NCBI GenBank assembly: GCA_019456075.1
Contig: VRUN01000006.1
Span: 1-41,372 of the forward strand
Origin: Candidatus Methylomirabilota bacterium
Lineage (GTDB): Bacteria; Methylomirabilota; Methylomirabilia; Methylomirabilales; CSP1-5
Length of the DNA: 41,372 nt
Direction: 5' to 3'
Shown here: piece by piece, positions 35,815-41,372 of the stretch
How the letters are laid out: each line of letters begins with the position of its first letter
Numbering within the stretch: the stretch's first letter is position 1
Notes under the pieces: generated by a model
The model's database searches: none
Told to the model about the DNA's origin: nothing
The model's input: the letters and a program-made list of their open reading frames with translations, nothing else
Translations under genes and position numbers: made by a program

Positions 35815-36594
35815 CTAGCTCATCCGCCGGGCCACCATGAAAAATCCAGTATGGGCCACCATGCGGAGCTGTGGTCGGACGCTCAACCCCTGGATCCGCC
35901 AGGGACGGTGGACCGTTTCGAAGACCTCCTGAAGCACGAGGAGCGACTCATCCTCGATGGCGGCAGCCATCGTCTGTAGTTGGGGGACCGTCGGGTAAAA
36001 GGCGAGGAGCAGTCCCCCGGGTCTGAGTGCCTGGGCCGCGTGCCTGACCGCCCGCCACCCCTCCGGCACGTCTAAGATCACACGATCGACAGAGGTCTCC
36101 TCGATCCCTTCGTAGATGTCCTTCAGCTTCGGCATCCAATGGGGCACCTTGCCCAAGAAAGCCTCGACGTTAGTCCTGGCCTGCCGCAGAAAATCTTCCC
36201 GAAGCTCATAGGTAATGACCTGTCCCTTCTCCCCCACGGCCTGGAGCAGGGCGATGGTCAGCGCCCCCGAACCGCCACCCCCCTCGACTACCGTGGTGCC
36301 CGGAAAGATGTCCCCCCAGATCAGGACCGTCGCAATGTCTTTCGGGTACAGGACCTGGGCACCCCGCTTCATCTTGAGGGCATACTCGGCAAAGGTGGGG
36401 CGGAATGCCGCAAAGGCGGCGCCTCTTGAAGAACGCAGGACGGACCCCTCCTCCCGGCCGATCATGTCGCTGTGGGGGATCGTTCCCAGGTGACTGGAGA
36501 ATTGATGTTGAGGCCGCAAGGTCAGGAGATATTTGCGCCCCTTCGGATCGATCAAGAGGACCTTATCGCCCGCCTCAAAAGGTCCGCTCCGCAT
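35815..36594 (-). CDS. trmI: tRNA (adenine58-N1)-methyltransferase
   Basis: MKRGAQVLYPKD, VEGGGGSGAL, YELREDF, ILDVPE and RMVAHTGF. Confidence 0.92.
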   Translation of the reverse strand: MRSGPFEAGDKVLLIDPKGRKYLLTLRPQHQFSSHLGTIPHSDMIGREEGSVLRSSRGAAFAAFRPTFAEYALKMKRGAQVLYPKDIATVLIWGDIFPGTTVVEGGGGSGALTIALLQAVGEKGQVITYELREDFLRQARTNVEAFLGKVPHWMPKLKDIYEGIEETSVDRVILDVPEGWRAVRHAAQALRPGGLLLAFYPTVPQLQTMAAAIEDESLLVLQEVFETVHRPWRIQGLSVRPQLRMVAHTGFFMVARRMS

Positions 36595-36855
36595 GATTCT
36601 CTCCCATCGAGGCTAACTCTACCACACCCGTGCGTGCGCGGAAAGGGAGGTCAAGGATGCTGGTGGTCGCTCCACCGTCCAGGGCAAGTCTTTGGCTGCG
36701 GGAAGGAGATCGAGGACTGAGGAGGGAGTTGGCACAAGTAGTTGGAACGGCACTCGCGCTACTGTACCAGGAACCGGCGGCCCTTTCGACTCTCGCGCGG
36801 GCCCATCTCACGACCGGTACCGTGTGGATCCTTGATGTTTTCTTCTGTCTCCTGG

Positions 36856-37128
36856 TCAGAATCCCCTGGCATGCAGTGCCTGAAGGATGTCTTCGATCGT
36901 CACCGTAGTTTTCCGGTAGGTAATTTTGGCGAAGTGTCGTTCGAGATCCACGGTGACGTCAAGCACCCCCTTCAGTCCCTGTAAGATCCTGTTCACGTCA
37001 GCGGCCTGCTCTTTGGACTTCATGTGGGCCATGTGAATCGTGGCCTGCCCTACCGTGAGAGGCCGCAAGAGACGGAGGCAGAGCAGGAGGAAAAACGCCA
37101 AAATTGTGGCCACGACGACCCACTTCAT
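36856..37128 (-). CDS. Membrane-anchored HMA-fold protein lacking CxxC
   Basis: N-terminal TM, then LKGVLDVTVDLE...ITY...IEDILQALHARGF; AGGAGG RBS. Confidence 0.75.
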   Translation of the reverse strand: MKWVVVATILAFFLLLCLRLLRPLTVGQATIHMAHMKSKEQAADVNRILQGLKGVLDVTVDLERHFAKITYRKTTVTIEDILQALHARGF

Positions 37129-37377
37129 CTGGATCCTCCTCTGCTGGTCACTTTAGCCGAGGCCCCCCCCCGAAGTCCAGATTGAAGCGGCTTTTCGAAT
37201 GATTCTTGCCTTACCATGCGGGCGTGAAGGGGCACCGTGTATATCGAGGGTCAGGTCTTGCGATCAAACGGCGGTTACTCCATTGTTCCTTGACTTCGGG
37301 AAATCCTCTGATGGCTTGACATCTCCTGGCTAAGCTAGGGATACTTAACCCGTTAGTAGGAGATGCAGGAAGGTGGC

Positions 37378-37394
37378 TTGGCACTGAAGTTGCT
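37378..37394 (+). promoter_or_regulatory. Sigma54 promoter upstream of pfk
   Basis: TTGGCACTGAAGTTGCT with exact GG-n10-GC spacing. Confidence 0.7.
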
Positions 37395-37523
37395 TGCCCC
37401 GGCCTCTTGGGGACTCCCCTTGATCGTGGGCCATTGAGGGTGGCAAAAAGGGGTACGGTTCCGCGATGGATCACGAGGCTGGGATAAACTTCATGTGGCG
37501 ACTCGTCACGGAGGATTGTAGGC

Positions 37524-38723
37524 GTGGCAGCACACAAAGGCACGATCGGGATTTTGACCGGCGGAGGTGATGTTCCCGGGCTGAATCCAGCCATCCGCGC
37601 CATCACGATTCGCGCCCTGCATGAGGGATATCGGGTACTGGGAATTCGGCGTGGCTGGGCCGGGCTGGTCGAACTGGTTCCGGACAAGGCGGCCGACAAT
37701 GACGCCCACGTCCAGGTCCTGAATGATGAGGTCGTCAATCGGACTGGGCGAACGGGTGGAACCTTCATCCATACCTCGCGAACCCGACCGAGCCGCCTTC
37801 CGAAAATTCTCGTCCCGGACCACCTCAAGACCAAGTACAAGGAGGACGTCAACGACGTTACCCCCGACGTGCTCAAGAACCTGGAGTTTCTCGGTGTTGA
37901 CTTCCTTATTTCCATCGGTGGCGACGATACCCTCAGTTATGCTCAGCGCCTTCACGAAGAGGGTATCAAAATCGTGGGGGTCCCCAAGACGATGGACAAT
38001 GATGTTCCCGGGACCGACTACTGCATCGGGTTCAGCACATGTGTCACCCGGACGATCGAGTTGACCCACAAACTTCGCACGACTGCCGGTTCACACGAGC
38101 GCTTCCTCGTCATCGAGGTCTTCGGGCGGTACGCCGGCTACACGGCGCTGGTGCCGACGATGGCTGGTGCGGCCGACCGGTGCGTGATTCCCGAGCACCC
38201 CTTTGACATTGAACACCTGGCCGAGCTCCTTGTGTACGACCGGAATCGCCATCCGAGCCATTACGCTGTCGTCTTGGTATCCGAGGGTGCACGGATGACA
38301 GGGCACGAGGAAATGACCTTCGAGGGCGAAGAAAGAGACCAGTATGGCCACCGCAAGCTCGGTGGGGTCGGCGATCAGGTGGCGGCTCGCCTCAAGGAGC
38401 TCTCCCCCAAGTTCAACCGCGGGCGCCAGATCAACGTTGTAGACCAGCGGCTCGGCTACATGGTCCGATGCGGCGATCCCGATGCGCTCGATTCGATCGT
38501 GCCTATGGCCTTCGGCAACCTCGCCTTGGACCTGGTGCTGTCGGGCACGTCGGGGCGCCTCGTCAGCCTGCGCAACGGATGCTACGACAACGTCGCGATC
38601 GACGTGGTGACGGGGCGCAAGAAGGCCGTCGATGTCCACAAATTCTACAACATCGAGCGACTCCGACCGAGGTACGAGACGCTCTTCGGTCAGTCCCTCT
38701 TTATCATGACCAGCGACGTCTAG
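37524..38723 (+). CDS. pfp: PfkA-family phosphofructokinase, probably pyrophosphate-dependent
   Basis: TGGGDVPGLN, GGDDTL (Asp at the PPi-specificity position), PKTMDND and EVFGRYAG; GGAGG RBS. Confidence 0.85.
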   Translation: MAAHKGTIGILTGGGDVPGLNPAIRAITIRALHEGYRVLGIRRGWAGLVELVPDKAADNDAHVQVLNDEVVNRTGRTGGTFIHTSRTRPSRLPKILVPDHLKTKYKEDVNDVTPDVLKNLEFLGVDFLISIGGDDTLSYAQRLHEEGIKIVGVPKTMDNDVPGTDYCIGFSTCVTRTIELTHKLRTTAGSHERFLVIEVFGRYAGYTALVPTMAGAADRCVIPEHPFDIEHLAELLVYDRNRHPSHYAVVLVSEGARMTGHEEMTFEGEERDQYGHRKLGGVGDQVAARLKELSPKFNRGRQINVVDQRLGYMVRCGDPDALDSIVPMAFGNLALDLVLSGTSGRLVSLRNGCYDNVAIDVVTGRKKAVDVHKFYNIERLRPRYETLFGQSLFIMTSDV

Positions 38724-38769
38724 CCCTGATGCGGCGGCTCGGGGACTCTCCGTTTTAGTGATTCTTTCC

Positions 38770-38798
38770 TTGCCATGCGGGTTTAAACCGGCTATATT
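38770..38798 (+). promoter_or_regulatory. Sigma70 promoter of rnpB
   Basis: TTGCCA-17 nt-TATATT just upstream of the P1 helix. Confidence 0.75.
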
Positions 38799-38806
38799 GT
38801 TGGGTG

Positions 38807-39250
38807 GCCGGAGTGGGCCGGGTGGTCGCTCCGATCTGTAGATCGGGGAGGAAAGTCCGGACTCCGCAGGGCAGGGTGGTGGGTAACGCCCACCGGGGGT
38901 AACCCCAGGGAAAGTGCCACAGAAAATATACCTCCCCGCCGGCAGCCTTTGCTCTCTTGCTTCAAAAAGGCTGTCCGCGGGGTAAGGGTGAAAAGGTGCG
39001 GTAAGAGCGCACCAGCAGTCCGGTGACGGGCTGGCTTGGCAAACCCCACCCGGAGCAAGGCCAAATAGGTTCCGCTTCCTTGCTGTCGTTCATCGAGCGA
39101 GGGCGAGGATGAGAGCGGCCCGCTTTCATGGCCAGAAAGGCAGGCGGAACGGGTAGGCCGCTAGAGTCCCGCAGCAATGCGGGACCCAGAGGAATGATCA
39201 CCCTTCGCCTGCGGGCGAAGACAGAATCCGGCTTACAGGCCCACTCCGGC
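38807..39250 (+). ncRNA. rnpB: RNase P RNA, bacterial type A
   Basis: GAGGAAAGTCCGG, AGTGCCACAGAAA, GGGTGAAAAGGTGCGGTAAGAGCGCACC, AAACCC and ACAGAATCCGGCTTA; terminal P1 GCCGGAGTGGGCC/GGCCCACTCCGGC. Confidence 0.97.
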
Positions 39251-39426
39251 CTACATTATATTTATAGTCCTTCTCCCTTCCTGTTCCCCCCCAGACGGTC
39301 CCCACCGGTCTTCTCTCGGCGTTTCAGGGGCATTTCCTGATGCAAGCGGCTGGAAACGTGTCGTTTGCGGAGAGCCAGATCTGATGGGACAGAGGCGAAG
39401 GGAGGGAGGCCGAATTTTGACAGAGG

Positions 39427-39639
39427 TCATCCCCTCGGTGGTGAAGTCCGGGAGCGGCGGGGGAAAGGTGTCCAACCGATCTTTTCAGGTTCGAGCGTGA
39501 GGCCGTAGCGGTAGCAATCCTCATGGTAGACCCGGACCCGCGCCTTCTTGTCTTCCATGGAAAGTGGATTACATCGGATCGGAAGGCCGCACCAGGCGCA
39601 GCGAGGAAAATCAGAATTCTCGGGACGCTTTTGACGCAC
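39427..39639 (-). CDS. Small putative zinc-finger protein (CxxC...HxxC), about 70 aa
   Basis: GTG 39639 after GGAG; CAWCGLPI...VYHEDCY; follows the ATP-grasp gene on the same strand. Confidence 0.6.
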   Translation of the reverse strand: MRQKRPENSDFPRCAWCGLPIRCNPLSMEDKKARVRVYHEDCYRYGLTLEPEKIGWTPFPRRSRTSPPRG

Positions 39640-39667
39640 CTTCTTGTCTCCGGTAGATGAGCGCAGG

Positions 39668-40363
39668 TCACGCGGTGGGATTTTTCTGGTGGAGGAGGAC
39701 TCGGACATCGACCACGCTGAGGCCTTTTTCGTAGACGATGACCGGATTCAGGTCCATCTCGGCGATCTCCAGGTTTTCCTCGGCGATCTGTGAGACCTTC
39801 ATGAGAAGATCGGTGAGCCCCTCGAGATCTGCAGGTCTGCTTCCCCGAACCCCCTGGAGTATCGGGAAGGCCTTGACCTCCTGGATCATGGCGGCCGCAT
39901 CTGGCTTGGCCAGGGGGACGACCCGGAAACTCACGTCCTGATAGACCTCGACAAAGATCCCCCCCAGGCCAAACATCATCACCGGTCCGAACTGGGTGTC
40001 CTGGGTGAGACCGACAATTACCTCGGTGCCCGGCGGCTCCATGCGGCTGATCAGGACGCCCCGAACTCCCGCCTTGCGCTGGCGAGCGCGCTCCGTAATC
40101 TCTTGGTAGGCAGACCTGACCGCCGCCCCATCATTGAGGTTGAGGAGGACGCCCCCCGTCTCGGTCTTGTGCAGGATATCCGGCGAGACGATCTTGGCCA
40201 CGACCGGATAGCCGATGTCCGCCGCCGCGGCCTCGGCCTCCTCGACCGAGCTGACACACCGGTGGGAGGGTACGGGTGCCCCGTAATGCGCAAGCAGTTC
40301 GTAGGCCTCCGGCTCTAAGAGATTTCGGCCTTCCTGGATCGCCTTGCCAAGAGCAATCGTCAT
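39668..40363 (-). CDS. ADP-forming acyl/acetate-CoA ligase beta subunit (ATP-grasp)
   Basis: GYPVVAKIVSPDILHKTETGGV, FGPVMMFGLGGIFVE and EMDLNP. Confidence 0.92.
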   Translation of the reverse strand: MTIALGKAIQEGRNLLEPEAYELLAHYGAPVPSHRCVSSVEEAEAAAADIGYPVVAKIVSPDILHKTETGGVLLNLNDGAAVRSAYQEITERARQRKAGVRGVLISRMEPPGTEVIVGLTQDTQFGPVMMFGLGGIFVEVYQDVSFRVVPLAKPDAAAMIQEVKAFPILQGVRGSRPADLEGLTDLLMKVSQIAEENLEIAEMDLNPVIVYEKGLSVVDVRVLLHQKNPTA

Positions 40364-40372
40364 TATGGTTCC

Positions 40373-41372
40373 CTAGCGGAGGAGTGCGCCCAGGGCTCGA
40401 ATTCCCCGTTCGGGTGTCGGAAAGACAGGGATGCCTTTCCGGTGGAAGAGGAGTCGCTCCTGCCGCTCTACCTCTGCTCCTCCCAGATATATGACAAGCT
40501 GGAGAGGATCGGTGCCGACCACCTCCGAGGCGCCGGGAATCGGATCGCCAAAGATCAGGGCGATGATATCGAAGTGGGGCGCGGCGGCCTCGACGACCTG
40601 CCGGTACATCTGCGCGTTGGCATCCCCGGTGAGGTCCAGGGGGTTCGCCACGATGCAGTGCTTGGGCAGGACCTCGCGGAGCCTTCCGGCCACCTCAGGT
40701 GGAAGGGGGGCGACGTCCAGGCCGGTCATTTCCGCCATATCGGTGGCCAGGATGCCGGAGCCGCCCGAGCTGGTTACGATGAGAAGCCGGCGACCCTTGG
40801 GAGGGGACATATGGGACAACGCCTTGCTGAAGTCGTACAGCTGCTCCAGATCTCTCGCTCGGTGAATCCCGAACTGACGGAAGACTCCCTCGTACACCTC
40901 GTCCCGGCCTGCGAGAGACCGGGTGTGGGATTCAGCCGCCTTGCGTCCCTTGGGCGTCCACCCCGCCTTCAAGATCACGAGTGGCTTTTGACATTGGCGG
41001 ACGGCTTCGAGGAATTTGGAAGCAACCTTGACCCCTTCCATGTACATGGCAATAGTATTGGTATGGGGGTCCTGGGCAAAGTAGTGAATCAGATCGGCCT
41101 CGTCTACGTCTGCCCGGTTCCCGAGGCTCACGAACGTGGACACCCCCAGCTCTTCCTGCGACGCCCAGTCCATCAGCGCGGCCCCGACGGTCCCGCTCTG
41201 GGAGATGATCGCCACCCCACCTCGCCGGGTGAGGAGGGGCCAGGAGGCGCACAGGGGGTGGTGCGGGTTGTTGACTCCCTGACAGTTTGGTCCGATGACG
41301 GCTACCTTGGCCTCCTGGGCCGCCTGGAGCAGTTGGCCTTGGAGCACCTCTCCCTCTGGTCCGGTCTCGCTG
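40373..41372 (-). CDS. ADP-forming acyl/acetate-CoA ligase alpha subunit (partial, starts beyond window end)
   Basis: IGPNCQG, ISQSG, SLGN, AESHTRSLAG (phospho-His), SGGSG and NPLDLTGDA; frame is open to the window edge. Confidence 0.92.
   Translation of the reverse strand, partial: SETGPEGEVLQGQLLQAAQEAKVAVIGPNCQGVNNPHHPLCASWPLLTRRGGVAIISQSGTVGAALMDWASQEELGVSTFVSLGNRADVDEADLIHYFAQDPHTNTIAMYMEGVKVASKFLEAVRQCQKPLVILKAGWTPKGRKAAESHTRSLAGRDEVYEGVFRQFGIHRARDLEQLYDFSKALSHMSPPKGRRLLIVTSSGGSGILATDMAEMTGLDVAPLPPEVAGRLREVLPKHCIVANPLDLTGDANAQMYRQVVEAAAPHFDIIALIFGDPIPGASEVVGTDPLQLVIYLGGAEVERQERLLFHRKGIPVFPTPERGIRALGALLR

Noticed and set aside
36575-36984. Short ORFs between trmI and the HMA-like gene
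   Set aside because: No RBS or motifs, and they overlap better-supported genes; treated as intergenic.
37211-38069. 234-aa and 187-aa minus-strand ORFs
   Set aside because: Antisense to pfk and its promoter region.
38792-39340. ORFs overlapping rnpB
   Set aside because: The region is fully explained by RNase P RNA.

Overview
GC-rich bacterial chromosomal window, possibly from a Methylomirabilota/NC10-like lineage (inferred from gene content only, not proven). 1-14.5 kb is a divergent hopanoid locus. The minus arm has a CruF-like membrane protein, hpnH, a hypothetical, hpnG and a partial CDP-alcohol phosphotransferase. The plus arm has mlaEFD, a TolC-family protein, MlaC/HpnM-like, HpnN (MMPL), a second MlaC, a PagL-like barrel and shc. 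14.6-30.9 kb holds a purple acid phosphatase and a probable cell-wall/amide salvage region: M20 amidohydrolase, anmK, SIS protein, secreted nuclease, D-aminoacylase, C26 peptidase, DUF1445, hydantoinase/oxoprolinase A+B, DUF4392 and galT. 31-41.4 kb holds glnB, HAD-like, HEAT/TPR, SDR, tandem PilZ, trmI, HMA-like, PPi-type pfk, RNase P RNA and an ADP-forming acyl-CoA synthetase pair. Four features missing from the ORF track stand out. (1) A complete Ile/Leu/Val-type leader-peptide attenuator (22632-22769) sits in front of a small Cys-rich protein of unknown function rather than ilv/leu genes. (2) A 35-codon ORF matching the GlnA C-terminus lies behind sigma54-driven glnB. (3) Four intergenic 7/8-mer repeat arrays occur, three with inverted arms. 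(4) mlaE and anmK probably start at AUA and CUG. No CRISPR array, tRNA, rRNA or transposase was seen. All product calls come from motif recognition, not database searches.
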